Below are positions 1-13,420 of a stretch of DNA of 64,000 nt, piece after piece; positions within the stretch are counted from its first letter, which is position 1; each line of letters starts with the position of its first letter. The translations under genes and the position numbers were made by a program. The stretch is from positions 47,430,001 to 47,494,000 of the forward strand of contig NC_043005.1 of assembly GCF_006345805.1 (NCBI RefSeq). The letters run 5' to 3'. This stretch comes from Octopus sinensis (taxonomy: Eukaryota). The notes beneath the pieces are model-generated. The model was not told the origin of the DNA, ran no database searches, and was given only the letters and a program-made list of their open reading frames with translations.

Positions 1-224
1 TATTTACACCTAGTTAAACTGTTATATATATATATACTGTTGTGTCTGGGAAGAGTCGTCCTCTTTTAGTGCCTTACAATTTAACACACTCACCTGTAAA
101 ATTTCCACTTATTTCGATTACATTTTTCTAAAATTTTCGTTTTCACCTTGCAACCTTTTCAATAGTTTTGACTCTGTCCGTTATTCACACTGCATTCCTT
201 TATGTTTGTTTGTGTGCTTGTGTA

Positions 225-770
225 TGTATGTATGCATGTGAGTGTATGCATGTGAGTGTATGCATGTGAGTGTATGCATGTATGCATGTGTGTGCATATG
301 TATATATTTATGTATGTGTGTATATTTGTACATATGTACTCTGCATATTCACGTGTTTGCGTGTCCGTGTTTGTGTGCTTTTATGTATGTGTGCATGTGT
401 GTTTGTGTATGTGTGTGTGTACCTCTGTCTACTTGTGTGTGCATGTCTGAGTGTGTGTGTGTGTGTGCGTGTGCTTTGCAACTATGTACCGTGTTTGTAT
501 GTATGGATGTGCATCTCCATATGTGTGGACGTGTGTCTCCATATGTGTCCTTGAGTGAAGTAAAGTGTGTGCGCGTGTGTGTGTGTGTGTGTGTATGGTC
601 ATGTGTTTCAGTCTCCATTTGTGTATGTGTTCTTGTCTGTTCATATAAACTATGTACCTATCCATCTGTATGTTGATCTGTTTACTTTCATATCCATATG
701 CTTTTATAAATGTGCATATACATATATATAAATACATACACCCACACACACACATACACACATCTATCTA
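225..770. repeat. Compound (TG)n/(TATG)n microsatellite, including a 14-bp unit GTATGCATGTGAGT about 3.5 times
   Basis: Seen directly; explains the C/V/M/Y-rich ORFs at 242-761. Confidence 0.95.
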
Positions 771-840
771 CATAACAGACTAACTATTCTACTCTACCTG
801 TGTAAACTGTGGGTATGGGGGGTATGATATCTACTATGTA

Positions 841-1000
841 TATTTCTTATTTAGTATTGGGAAAGTTTCATTTATGAAGATGTACTCATGTATTTGTCTG
901 AGTGTCGGGTCTTTTGGGTGCTTGGATAAGATGTGGATGTCAAGTTGACCCAGGTTGCCTCCATGTTGGTCCTTGGCATGTTGGTATAGTATGGAGGACT
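841..1000 (-). mobile_element. Penelope-like element fragment, C-terminal part of GIY-YIG endonuclease
   Basis: Minus-strand translation SILYQHAKDQHGGNLGQLDIHILSKHPKDPTLRQIHEYIFINETFPILNKK fits the H..H..IL..R.I.E..I..P.LN pattern of Penelope GIY-YIG C-termini. Confidence 0.7.
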
Positions 1001-1077
1001 GTTGGTAACTGATGTATTTTGAATAACATATTTTACATTATGTCTCGGTTATTAATGTAGTATATGTCTGATATCAT

Positions 1078-1483
1078 TTATCTTTTAGTCTTTTAACTAT
1101 TTCAGTCATTAGGCTGTGGCCATGCTGGGGTATTGCCTTGAAGAATTTTAGTCAGACAAATCGCCCCTAGTACTAAATTTTTATATTTTGTGAAACCTGG
1201 TACTTATTCTATCAGTTTTTACCAAACTGCTAAGTTACAGGGACGTAAACACACCAACACCAGTTGTCAAGCAGTGGTGAGGGACAAACACAGGCACAAA
1301 GACACAAATACACGCACACACACACACACAAAATGGGCTTCTTTCAGTTTCTCTCAACCAAATCCACTCACAGGGCTTTGGTCAGCCCAAGCTATAGTAG
1401 AAGACACTTACTTAAAGTACCATGCAGTGGGGTTGAACCTGGAACCATGTGGTCAGCAAGCAAACTCACCACAGAACCATACC
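1078..1483 (-). mobile_element. tRNA-derived SINE family A (bipartite, internal microsatellite)
   Basis: Aligns by eye to the copies at 14390, 36730 and 60675; head with pol III A/B-box-like motifs at the right end, (TCTTTTA)n tail at the left. Confidence 0.85.
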
Positions 1484-2151
1484 TTTAATTTTGTTATACA
1501 TCATCATACATATATAAATATTATGGTAACACACACATGCTGTTTTTATTTATTCCCCATACAGTCCTGTCAAGCTGATCTGTGATAGAAGATGATTCAC
1601 TTATGGCCAATGAGTGCTTTGTTTCATAATTTATCTAAGACTAATTTAATGCATACTTCTTGATCACAATTATTTACTGATGTCTTTTGATTAATGTTAT
1701 TTACACTAAGTTTTAATGTAGCTCATGCACTATAATTTTATTATTAATCATCATGTGTAATATGCTATTTCTATATATGAATTTATATACAAACATGTTA
1801 TTGTTGTTTAGCATAAAGCAATTTCAATGAAGCGGATCCATGGTCAAAGACATTCAAACAGTTTTAATTAGGATTAAACTAACAAATGTGTTTTTCTATT
1901 ATTTTAAACATTAAGAACTTATCTGAAGTAGATTTGGTTGCTATTTCTCATAGGTTGAGTGAGTGCTTAGAGCAGGAGTTCTCATTAATTTTTTTTGTCT
2001 ATGGACCCCTTTAATTCCTATTTTATTCTACTGGGCCCACATAGCCATTCAATGTATACTAAAAAATTCCTACTGCATTTTATAATTGAAGTTTTTTAGA
2101 AATTGTTTAAAAAAAAAATTGAAGTATTTTATGTGTTGTAGAAGTATAAGC

Positions 2152-4070
2152 GGTGTCCGGTCAATTCGTTGACAGCAGTTTTTTTTGTCATTGAATTTGT
2201 TCCCAGTCAATTCATCATTGGTCAATTCGTCCCCAGGTCAATTTATCGTCAGTCAATTCGTCAAGATCATAGGAAAAATGGAAGAATAAATATCTGAAAA
2301 AAAAAAAACCCCAAAAAACGTCTATTTTAAGTTTTGCCGTATTACATATTTATCTTTTCTTAAAATTTAAGAGTCTGAGCAATTGCTTTTAGAGAAATAA
2401 ATTTTTGGTTTGGATCATATTTATACATGACATTTTTTATAAGCATGTTCATATCTCTGTATTTTTTTTTTTCTTTTGGCTTGGTTCTTCTCCTTATATA
2501 AACTTCTGCAAACTGGCAAACCTTTCCTCACATTTAATCACATCAATAAATTTCTAAATATTTGGATGATTAATATTCACTGTGTTTTTCAGCGTGCTGT
2601 GGTAGGCTTCTAAACTATTTGTAATACAAGTAGTCCTCATCATACATCGATCCCAAACATTCCATATAGGTAATGGAAATGGAGGTTCAAGGCATCGCCT
2701 CCTCTGTCCTCTTCCTCTAAGTGGTTCAATATAATTATTTTCAAAATAGGATACAATTGACAGTGGAATATCACCATCATCTAAAAGTTGTTCGTATCCA
2801 TCTACAACATCCTCAACGGGCAGGAAGGCAAGGGCAACAAAACACTGCATTATTAGACTAAAACTGTCATCTTCGTGATATCTGAATTTTAGTCCTTCTT
2901 GCACAACATGTTTGTACATATTTTGTCCCAAATGAAACAAGCAGCATGCCAAGTTTGACCCAGGAAACGATTTCAGAAATCCATAATTATAATATCGGGT
3001 CCCTCATTCTGCAGTAATTAATTTATTTTGACAAAATGTTTACTATATGTGTCTTGACTTTTGCCAGAGAGCAATACGAGCAATTGTGGGGGTTTAAAAT
3101 GATCATTTTGAATGTGAAATATATATAACTGAAAATATATACTAGAGCAGCACTTAAATGTTCCATCTGCTGTCCAGTTTTTGTGCTGTTTTAACTGTCA
3201 AAGCGGTTTGTCACTTGCAAATAGAAGCATTCGTTTTGAATCTTCCATCCCACTGTCATACTGTAAAAACGTTTCAACATTGTAAAGGTAGGAGTATTTA
3301 CTTGGAATGGAAAACCCATCATTTGTAAGTGAAGTGGCAGGATAGTTGGAATCAGCTTACCTCCAATGCCTAATATTCCTATTAAGCTGCGAAAACGGAG
3401 CTATTTGCAACAATGTACAGTCATTTGAATTCTGAACTTCACTAGCAATAATTGAGCGAGGGGCATCTCGAGATAAAAATGGACTTTACTTTGATATTTG
3501 AAACTATTATCCTTGCATTTACCTCTGCAGCAGTTGAAGCGTGGTTATGGATTTCTTAAGATCTTTATAATTTTTATCTGTATAAAGCCTTGCTTTGCAC
3601 ACACGATTTTCGCATTTCCAGTATATCTTCAATCCATCTGCATTCTGCTTATTTTTTGTGTATATGTATAATTTTCTTGATCGACCCACTTTGATTTTTC
3701 CTTTCTCTGAAATTATGATCTTACAGGTATTCATGTTGATGGGTAGGTGTATTGAATAAATTTAATTCAATTTGTTTGAAAATCTTTGTTTATAAACTGT
3801 TCAACACAAATACTTAAAAGAGAGAGAGAGAGAGAGAGGAGGTGGAGTTAAAGAAAGGAAAAGTATTTAAAACTGTCCGACAATTTTAATTCTAAAGTGA
3901 TTGTTCTAAACTTTCCTTCAAAAATCATATTTTTGAGTATTTTGGGATGAATTGACCTGGGATGAATTTACCAGCAACAAATTGACCTGGGGATGAATTG
4001 ATCAACAATGAATTGACCGGATACAAATAAACCGACGATGAAATAACCAGGGACAAATTGTCCTAGCACC
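2152..4070 (-). mobile_element. Mutator-like (MULE) DNA transposon, both termini present, degenerate
   Basis: Termini GGTG...CACC; inverted subterminal arrays of GGTCAATTCGTC-like motifs (about 2159-2265 and 3940-4060); TSD GTATAAGC (2144-2151) / ATATAAGC (4071-4078); internal transposase. Confidence 0.92.
2420..3734 (-). pseudogene. FLYWCH + MULE (DDE) transposase pseudogene
   Basis: IYWKCENRVCKARL (FLYWCH); FLQYDSGMEDSKRMLLF; NWTADGTFKCCSSIYFQLY; CCLFHLGQN; ALAFLPVEDV; SYFENNYI; TNSLEAYH; HPNI*KFI. Several stops and frameshifts. Confidence 0.92.
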
Positions 4071-4370
4071 ATATAAGCAATATATTGCATATAAATTTTA
4101 ACAACAAAGTCTTAAATGGATCCCTGAAAGCCATATGAACCCCATCTGAGAATCAATGGCTTGGCTGCTCCTTTGCTGACTCTTGTAAATGCATATTTAT
4201 GAATGCACTAAGAAAATTAAGTTAAATAGATGGAAAATCAGTGATCTATATACATTTGCTAACTTTGAGTATGTTTAGACTTTAAGTAGTCTTAATTTTT
4301 TTGTAATAATAAATTCTTACTAGAAAATTTTAATAATAACAATAATAGTTTCTTTTCATTTTTATCCTAG

Positions 4371-4390
4371 ATAATGAAATGAGGAAAATA
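4371..4390 (+). CDS. Candidate micro-exon (x-NEMRKI, phase 1 to 0)
   Basis: Pyrimidine-rich acceptor tttcatttttatcctAG and donor GTAAGG; open frame but only 20 nt, could be chance. Confidence 0.25.
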
Positions 4391-5639
4391 GTAAGGGAGG
4401 AAAACAGGGATTGCTAAATGATGAAAGTAAGAAAATTAGAACGGCAATGCTGTCGTGTAAAAATCAATACATTACTATGTCTGATTGGATTAAACACATA
4501 TTGCTTAAGATTCATGGCTGGTTTGAAGAATATAGAAGTACGTATTGTTATATGTTCAACCCCAGTGAGAATCTGAAGAGACATTTGTGTTCTGGCTGGT
4601 GATAACTACTTTGCAGACTTATTAAAATAAGAAAGAGAAAAGCTTTTGAGCAAAGCAAAAATCCTATCAAAAATTAAGTCATCACTCCAAGATTGTACAG
4701 AGGTGTTTTACTTGATGAGACAAGACCATTGAAATCAAGAAAGAAAGAGAGGAAGTAAATGGCTGGAGATGTTGGCATCATACACGACATCTATGTCAAA
4801 CTGGTTTTATTGTCGAGCCTGGCAAAGATATGGCTGGTCAATCAAAAGTGGTTTTGAAGGAGTCAATATGATGGTGGTTTGTATAGCTGCAGTCTTGATT
4901 GGATGTTATATAACTACAGAGTGCAGTTGCTTTCTTTTCATATTGTTGTTGGTTTATAACTCTGCTTTATCAAGCAGTTATATATTTGCAAGAAGTGACC
5001 TCTTAAAGAAGTAAGGTACAAGATAGCCACGTGAGTTTTGTCACATGTTTAACCTTCATCTATGCATTGGAAGATTAAATAAGCACCAGCGTTTTATGAA
5101 GAATTTCTTGGTACAAAGGTTAACACTTGGTAAATAATTCAATAACAACACTCACAAAATACTTGTAAAAAATACCAAATTGACAAAGATCTCCCTCTCT
5201 CTCTCTCCCTTCTTTAATTGCAAATTTAATATTGGCAGTAAATAACCTGCTATTAGAAGGGAAGAGCATCTTTCTATCTAATGAACTTATATCAAACAAA
5301 ACCAAGAATATAGCAAAAGTATATTGTATTACAAGAGTTTTTTAAACTTTTATGCTGAATTCACACTAGCTTGGAATTATCCCAAATATAATCAACATCA
5401 TAAACTCTTCTGTTGTGATTGAATAAATCATTTGGAGTGTTGATAAGCATTAGAAAGAGATTACAAAAGGATAAGTGAAAAAACAGAATGTAAATAAATT
5501 TGTTTGTGAATATACAGCTTTAAAGAAATCTGCAGCATCAGTTTATTTATTTTTTTTTTCTTTCACTAATTTCAGTTTCATAGTTGTAGCCATGCTGGGG
5601 TACTGCTATTACCTCTGCTACACTTCCACTACTTGAAAC

Positions 5640-5925
5640 CTCTTTATATGTGACATTTTGTGGAATGTGGGAGTTTGATGTTGCTGACCTCATCTAAGTT
5701 TCTTGTCGCAAGGCTGGTTATTCAAAACACTTGAGAGGAGGAGATCCAGTCTTGTTTTGCAGACACTTACATCCCTCCCAACAACGTAGGTTTCTCAGGC
5801 TTTTTGGGAGGAAATTGAAGAGCTGTGTACCCATGAAACCTAAGCTGTTGCAGTAGCTGGTCCTATAACTTGTTAGCAATGTTGGGATCTTTGGCAAAAA
5901 TGTAGTGGTGCTCTGTTCTGCTGTT
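5640..5925 (-). mobile_element. CR1/L2-group LINE 3' fragment
   Basis: Minus ORF SYCNSLGFMGTQLFNFLPKSLRNL, then frameshifted CKTRLDLLLSSV, typical of the LINE ORF2 C-terminus. Confidence 0.7.
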
Positions 5926-5954
5926 TGGGTAACATTCAATGCTAAAGTTTTTTT

Positions 5955-6201
5955 ACTTTTAATTATCTTTTACTTGTTTCAGTCATTGACTGCGGCCATG
6001 CTGGAGCTCTGCCTTGAAGGATTTCTTTTTAATCAAACAAATCGACCCCAGAACTTATTTTTTAAGCCTAATACTTATTCTATCATTCTTTTTTGTCAGA
6101 CCACTAAGTTACAGTGACCAGCACTAGTTGACAAGTTGTGATGGAGGGACAAACACAGACACAAAACATACACACATAGATATATATACATACATACACA
6201 C

Positions 6202-6245
<44 letters not shown>

Positions 6246-6272
6246 TATATATATGTATGTATGTATATATAT

Positions 6273-6318
<46 letters not shown>

Positions 6319-6334
6319 TATGTATGTATGTATG

Positions 6335-6372
<38 letters not shown>

Positions 6373-6469
6373 CATACATATATACATACATACATATATA
6401 TATACATACATATATACATATATATATATATACATATATACATATATATACACATATATATATACATAT

Positions 6470-6528
<59 letters not shown>

Positions 6529-6675
6529 GATGGGCTTCTTCCAGTTTCCATCTACCAAATCCACTCACAAGGCTTTGGTTGGCATGAAATTATAGTAGAA
6601 GACAATTGCCCAAGATGCCATGTAGTGGGGCTGAACCCAGAACTATGTGGTTGTGAAGCAAGCTTCCTACGCATC
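5955..6675 (-). mobile_element. SINE family A with about 370-bp expanded (TA)n/(TACA)n core (about 6160-6526)
   Basis: Tail half at 5955-6160 and head half at 6527-6675 match other family A copies. Confidence 0.85.
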
Positions 6676-8044
6676 AAGGATAACAATTCACATTAAAAGA
6701 GTGATTGACAGAGAAATAAGTACTTAGCTTGAAATGTTTAGAGTATCATTTGATAAAACTAAAAGAAAAAAGAAAGAAAATATTGATGTGCAGATGATGC
6801 TCCTGCATGGCCTTGGCTGTGGTGGCTAACACAAAGTAAAGAACTAAAGAAAAAACTGTCAACGAAACCTTATGTCACCACTGATTACTTTCAAACACAG
6901 GATAAACAATGTGTTATCTGATACGTAGAGATTAACAAAAATTGCTGAGTGGCAAACATGGATCCTGTCAAAAGTCAAAATGTTCTTAATGAAGTAAAAC
7001 AGAAAATGAAGAAATTAAAACATCCGATAAGAAAAAGAACTAAATTTAATATTCTAGTTATATTACATGCATAGCTAGCTGACAGAGAAAAAGAAAGGCC
7101 ATGTCTTATGATCCACGTAAACAAAACTATTCTTATAAAAAGTGTTGGAAATCCTGCTTAAAGACTATTGTAATTTTAGTACTTAATTAGATTTTTGTTG
7201 AAAATTTAACAGGAAACAAATACAAACATTCTCTACTTTTTTTTGTATTATTAAATATATCTCAAAACATGCAAGTAATGTGCAGAAGTTACGAAAAAAT
7301 GCAAATTTAATCATATACAAGTGATACTATTAAAATATCTTTGTAAACATTAACTTCAAGGTTTGGGTCAAATTAAGTTTTATTAGTATTGTTTTTATAT
7401 ATTTTTCCTTGTGTTCACACAAAAGTCCGACATTTAATGTGTAAATAGGTATCATGTGTACAGCTATCATAAATGTTCTTGCCTTCCTCTTCTTGAAGTA
7501 CATTATTAGTGTAAGTGAAGTGAATTGGTTTTGGCTTGGTTTTCCAAAATTTTATTGTTTGTTTAACAATGCTTATCACACATTTTGTTTAGTATTTCTG
7601 TCATAGACTTTTCAAAATTATTAATATCATCATCATCTACTTTCCATGCTGGCATCAGTTATGGTATGAGTTACAAGGCAGCATAAAAATATTTTTACTT
7701 TCTGGTTGCTGTTCAGTAACTGCACATGGATTGCTGGCACTTTTACCTTATTTATCCTTCTTTCCCTTTGGATTTCCCTCTTTCCGATGAAGAGCTTTGC
7801 TCAAAACATTAACAACTTTATCCTTTCACTGAGCATCAAATTAATATATTGTTTGTGCACGTCCTCATGTTTGTTTTTTTTTCTTTTTTTCTCTGTTTTT
7901 TAATTGTTTCTTCTTTGAATTGGGTATGTGTATGTGTGTGTGTGTATTCAGTCATCTTTAAAGTTTGAAGTTTATAAACATTTTATAATTCACACCAGTA
8001 TTATACATAATTATACATAATTAATAGGTAAGCCTTACATTGCA

Positions 8045-8280
8045 GAGACACGTAGTTTAGTGGTTAAGGTGTTGCACTCATGATTGTAAGATTGGGGTTT
8101 CAATTCCTAAACCAGCTAATGCACTGAGTTCTTGATCATAACTCTTAGTTTCACATTTCTCCAGTTCACTCAGCTGGTAATAATGAGCAATTTTGTGATA
8201 AACCAGGGTCCCATCCTGGGAAGAATATTTATCCTATAGAATTTGGGAAGCTGATCTTATGAGCTTGTTGCTCAGAAAGG
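8045..8280 (+). mobile_element. tRNA-derived SINE family C (degraded)
   Basis: Head CACGTAGTTTAGTGGTTAAGG...GGGTTTCAATTCC; body matches 52676. Confidence 0.7.
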
Positions 8281-9369
8281 ACTTTTAATCCTTATTCTTT
8301 AATCTTTATGTTAACTAATGGAATACAGCAACAAATGCATACAAAATACATTCAGTTATTTCAAATTGTCATACAAAATTTATTTGAAATTCATATAGTT
8401 ATTGTTATATGTCAGGACAGACATTTTTTTTCTTTTGCCAAATAAACACACTCACCTATATACTGTTCAGTATTTACGCATTGAAAAAAATAATCTTTCT
8501 ACTTGTTCTACAATACATTTCAATGCTTCAAAAACAAACTTATGTCTGTATACATATGACATAACAATATCTGTTTCAATATACAATTTTATATCAGGAA
8601 TCTTGCAAAACAAATACATAAATGTAATTGTATAAAGTTAATATCCTAAAGCTTTTTGAAAAAATGAATGTATAATTTATTCAAAACTAATACCGAATTT
8701 CAACAGAATTTTTAATAAAGTCATACATACAGCAATACTGTTATATAGGATAGGAAGAGGTCTGCTACTAAATGCCAAGAAAATATGAAAATGGTTATGA
8801 TGTCAAGAGAATAAATAAATAGAACTAGTTAATTAACAACACATTAACTTCATTGGTTACTCTTTCCTGCTTTTCATTTGTTGAACACAGAGTAGCAAGA
8901 CATACATGGCACATCAAATAATTGGAAAATATATATATATATAGATATATAAAGAACTGCTATAAAATGAATTCACAGTTTGTACTAAAATAGTAGAAGG
9001 TTGACGTGAAATTTATGTTGTTAATAGTCAAAGTTGTATGGAATATAAAGGAAATTTATATAGATTAATCCTGCAAACAGTTCAGAAATAATAAATTTCA
9101 AGTCTTATTCCTGGAAAAAGCAAGTGGACTGTTCTGTTGATTTGGTAATTCTTACTGGTTGATACCATCTTTGATTGTTTATAGCAATGCTGATGGTATT
9201 TATTGCAGCTCTCATTAAGCAATTGTCACGTAACAAGATATATCAGAACTCCCATTCTATCTAAGTCAATTGATTAACCTTAGCAACACTGTCTAACAAT
9301 CTCTCTTATATCATATTGTTAACCAAGCTGAAACGTGAGTCCAATATGGCTACCACAAGCACTTTAGAT

Positions 9370-9415
9370 ATGCATATACATACATGCATATATATACATA
9401 TATATATATATATAC

Positions 9416-9446
<31 letters not shown>

Positions 9447-10065
9447 TGAACATATGTATAACCATATATGCATGTGTATATATATGACCATTTACATGCA
9501 TGTGTGAGTGTGTACACACACACACACACATATATATAATGTATGTATACACAGACATATATATGTACACATACATATATGTGTGTGTATGTGCATGTGT
9601 TGGAGTGAGTGTTTACATGTGCGAAAATCAACAAAACTGATAAATTTGCCACTGTAGTTGAGTGAAGAAATATCTTTGAACACATTAAAGGAATCACTAA
9701 AGGTTAGTGAAATTAATGCTATTTTGGACATTGCAACTTATATGGGTGTGTAGGTGTACATGCATGTATGATTATGTATATGAATTATGGCACACATGCA
9801 CACAGTTATGTGTGTGTGTATAACGGTTCACACATACACATGTATGAACATAATTTAAGTCTTCAATTTAATACTAGTATGCTTAGAACCATAGTAAATT
9901 AGACCTTCTAAACAATTCAGAAAGCACACAAGATGCGTATACATTAGAACACATGCACATCTTTATACACACACACACACATATATATATACATACATAC
10001 GTGTGTGTGTATATATATATATGCAAACACACGTGCATACACACACACATACACACGTGTGACTG
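9370..10065. repeat. Compound (TA)n/(CA)n/(TG)n microsatellite tracts
   Basis: Seen directly; source of the Y/I/H-rich ORFs. Confidence 0.9.
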
Positions 10066-10384
10066 TATATAAGACCTTATAAATAACTAGAAATATATTC
10101 AGTCTATGAAAATTGAAGCTGACCTAAAGCAGCTTCATATTCAAGGTATTTTGATTTCAAATCTTCTACATGGATAAACATGTGTTTTTGGGCAAGTCAC
10201 TGAAATGTATAAGTTTCAAATTTTGGCACCTTGATGGCAGAACATAAATTCTGTAAGTCAATGAGGAAGTCTACATGTGGTTGCTTGATCTTCATATATG
10301 TAGCAACCAAATCTCCTTCAAATCACATCGAATCATCTAAAAAATATGAGAGGAAAATTTAATTTGAGTCATCAAGCCAAGTGA

Positions 10385-11050
10385 AATTGTAGTCGTGTCT
10401 GATGAGGACAGCTGTGTAAAAAAAAGTGCCAGTCTCTAACTGTGGAGAGAACCTGTGAAAGAGGTAGACCCAGGAAAACATGAGGCAAGGTGGTGAAGCA
10501 TGATCTTTGAACGTTGGACCTCATGGAGGTGATGACACGTGATTGAGACCTTTGGTGATATGCCATGCTTGAGGAGACTCGTGAAGACACGTAATTGGCA
10601 TTTGTGCCAGTGACATATAAAGCACCCAAGCTGGTGGCATGTAAAATGCACCCATTACACTGTTGTTGTTGTTGTTGTTAAGCAACAAGATGGGTAAGGG
10701 TGATTAGGTGATGGTCTAGGGCTTAGGGGTGGGAGACCCCAGACCTTGGAGAAAAAAAAATACTTTGGTCATCTTGTTGTAGTCGAGGGCTCTTTGTTGA
10801 TGCCTGACAACACTGGGAGGTGGCCCTCGAAGTCGCTGGAAATGGAGATCTCCAGGTCCAAATTCTTGAACGGTTCCATTACACTCTTGGAGAGGCTGGC
10901 ATTAGGAAGGGCGTCCAGCTGTAGAAACCATGCCAAACCAGACTGGAACTTGGTGCAGTTCTCCAGCTTACTGGTTCCAGTCAAACTGTCTAAAACATAC
11001 CACAATGGGAAGCAGACACTAAATGGTGATGAAGATGATGATGATGATGT
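10385..11050 (+). mobile_element. RTE-clade LINE 3' end with (GAT)n tail
   Basis: DEDSCVKKCQSLTVERTCERGRPRKT*GKVVKHDL matches the RTE ORF2 C-terminus; 3' UTR motif GCATTAGGAAGGGCGTCCAGCTGTAGAAAC; ends in ATGATGATG. Confidence 0.8.
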
Positions 11051-11189
11051 TCCTTTCATGTAGAAAAAATTTGTGATGGGTAATTCTGGATGAGCTGGAT
11101 GGCTTTGATCTGCTCAATCAGGGTTGAATCTAAATGAAACAATAGCAACAAATAGGGTGTTATAATTTTACTGGGTTATTTAACAATAA

Positions 11190-11760
11190 TAGTCTGTATT
11201 CTGGTTTTAGAACAGGTACAATGTGTCATTGTATGTTGTAGGAAGCAATTAAAAGTAATTTTGATGAAAAAGATAAGTGGTGGTAAAAAAAAAAGAAAGA
11301 AAATCCCAGAAAAGCCAGACAACATATACCAACAAGGAAAGCCAATCATAAAATCCTGAATAATAAAAACAAAAATAATAAGAAAGCAAACGATGCAGGA
11401 TCATAGATAAAGAAAGGAAGTGATGCTGGATGATAGATATACCATGCCCAGCTGACAACAAGGTATGCGATAAAGAAGAAAGAAAAGCTGATAGATATGA
11501 CAGGTTAGCTTGGGAGGTTAAGCAGTTGTGGTCACTGAAAAAGGTGGTAATGGTAACAATAATTGTTGGAGTCCTGGGAACAGTGAGTAAAAATCTTGAG
11601 AAGTACACGGAACAAATAGGGGCTGCAATAAGGGTGGAGCATTTGCAGAAAAAAATCACTGCTTGGAACCACTTGGTTCGCTGGTAGTGAACAGCAGACA
11701 CTGTTGTACAGCTCCAGTGTTAGAAGCTGTACAAAGATAATAAATAATAATAACAATGAC
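11190..11760 (+). mobile_element. R4/Dong-like non-LTR retrotransposon 3' fragment (restriction-like endonuclease)
   Basis: IIDKERK*CWMIDIPCPADNKVCDKEERKADRYDRLAWEVKQLW...IIVGVLGTV; ends in (TAA)n. Confidence 0.85.
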
Positions 11761-11977
11761 GTTTTCAAATTTTGGCACAAGGCTAGCATCTTTTAAGAGG
11801 AGGGGAAGTCGATAGTATCAACCCTAGTAACTGACTGGTGCTTTTATAAGCAACCCCAAAAAATAAAAGGCAAAGTTAACTTTGATGAAATTTGAACTCA
11901 GGACATAAAACATAAAGACATGAAATGCTGTTAAGTTTGTTGCCCTGTATGCTAACAAGTCTGTCAGCTTGCTACCT
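11760..11977 (-). mobile_element. tRNA-derived SINE family B inserted in a (TAA)n tract
   Basis: Matches the family B consensus (reverse complement of GAGTTCAAAT...CTTTGCCTTT...TGCCAAAATTTGAAAAC). Confidence 0.75.
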
Positions 11978-11994
11978 TAATAATAATAATAATA

Positions 11995-12067
<73 letters not shown>
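11978..12067. repeat. (TAA)n microsatellite
   Basis: Seen directly. Confidence 0.97.
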
Positions 12068-12540
12068 CTTCTTACAAGTGGTAGTAAAGTTAGTAAAAGT
12101 AATGAATAAAATACAGGCGATCAAGATTGGAAAAGGAAAAAAGAATAAAAATGAGGCCCATAGAGAACATGTTAAACATATTGATGAGAAACCTTTGCCT
12201 TATCAGTTTTAGAAAGCCACTGAAGATGTATATGGAGAACAATTCTGGACTTGGATGTAAAAGGGGCAATGGAGAAAAGGAACAGCATGCCTTATTATAG
12301 CTGCTCAAGATCATGCACTGCAAGCAAACAACTTGAGAAAATATTTATATGAGAAGGTGTCCCCAAATTGTGGAGTATGTGGAATTTTGAGATGAAACAA
12401 TGACAGATGTTGTTGCAGAATACCCCAGGTTGGCCAAGGGAGAATATGAGAGATTGAGAAATGATCAAGGCATGAAAGTTTTACACTGGAGGCTTTGTCA
12501 AAAATGGGGATTTGAAGCAGGAAGTAAATGGTACAATCAG
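12068..12540 (+). mobile_element. R4/Dong-like fragment containing the CCHC zinc knuckle
   Basis: LIIAAQDHALQANNLRKYLYEKVSPNCGVCG...DVVAEYPRLAKGEYERLR...LHWRLCQKWGFEAGSKWYNQ (frameshifted); starts directly after (TAA)n. Confidence 0.85.
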
Positions 12541-13210
12541 TGAGTGAATATTTTTCTGTGAATGAAGTACATAATAATTAAGTCAGCCATAACCATTTAT
12601 ACAAAGAGTAATCATCGTTGTCAACATCTTCATCATCATCATTGTCATGTCATCATCATCATCATCACCATCACCGTCACCACCGCTATCATCATCATCA
12701 TTATCATCACTGCCATCTTTACAAGCTGGCATGAGCAGGGCAGTTCAAGAGGGACCAATGAGCCAGAGGACTGTGTTGGATACACTTTGTTCCATTTAAA
12801 GACTGTTGTCTGTATATTATCTTCAGCTGCGTGTGCATCCCATAGACGAGCCTTCCTCTTCAATCCAGTTAATATTTTAGTAGCCAACAATTTTCTGACT
12901 CTAAAAATGTTCAAGCAAGATTCACAATTGAAAGCTTTTTTCAACTAGTATTTGGTACATGCATTAACAAAAGTTGTTTATTTCCTGAACATATAATGAT
13001 GACATTTTAATCTTGATATGAAAATAAAAAAAATAAAAAACATTATAAAAGCTTTTGATCAGTGGTCTTTGGTGGGGTCCATGTAAGGTTTTGATGTTAA
13101 AGTCTATCTGCAATCTATTGGTTATAGTTCTACAATACATTAAGTATTTTAACAATTTTTGTGTACAATTCCTATTAATATTTAATAATAAAAATGTAAT
13201 AAAAATGTAA

Positions 13211-13420
13211 CCTTTTAGTATTTAAATTGATCATATCCTGCCAAAATATTCTACCTGTTTTATATACAAACCAACCAGATTCAACCTTTCACACTTAGTC
13301 TACAATGTCATCTTAAAAATAAACAGTCACATTATAGAAATCTTGAAGCTATTCAATAATGCAGGAGGAATTCAAAATATTGTGAATCACAATTAACAGA
13401 GTCGTCTGAATGCTAAAGGG
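13211..13420. mobile_element. piggyBac-type MITE family 2
   Basis: gtaa|CCTTTTAGTATTT...CTGAATGCTAAAGGG|ttga (degenerate TTAA sites); matches 31458 and 55749. Confidence 0.7.

Larger units (their letters stand above)
1973..4158. mobile_element. hAT(Charlie)-type MITE split by the MULE insertion
   Basis: Ends CAGGAGTTCTCA and TGAGAATCAATG (degenerate CAGTGGTTCTCA TIR); arms 1973-2151 and 4071-4158 match the related copy at 30952; 8-bp flanks GCTTAGAG/GCTTGGCT are a weak TSD. Confidence 0.6.

Noticed and set aside
2159-4060. Regularly spaced short repeats superficially like a CRISPR array
   Set aside because: Spacers are only a few bases, the arrays are mirrored at transposon ends, and the context is eukaryotic
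4769-5014. 81-aa hydrophobic ORF
   Set aside because: No motif, no acceptor giving an open exon, consistent with chance
11190-12540. Apparent circular permutation of one R4 element (RLE part upstream of CCHC part)
   Set aside because: The two pieces overlap in element coordinates and differ there (NFDEKDKWW vs GFEAGSKWY), so two independent insertions are simpler
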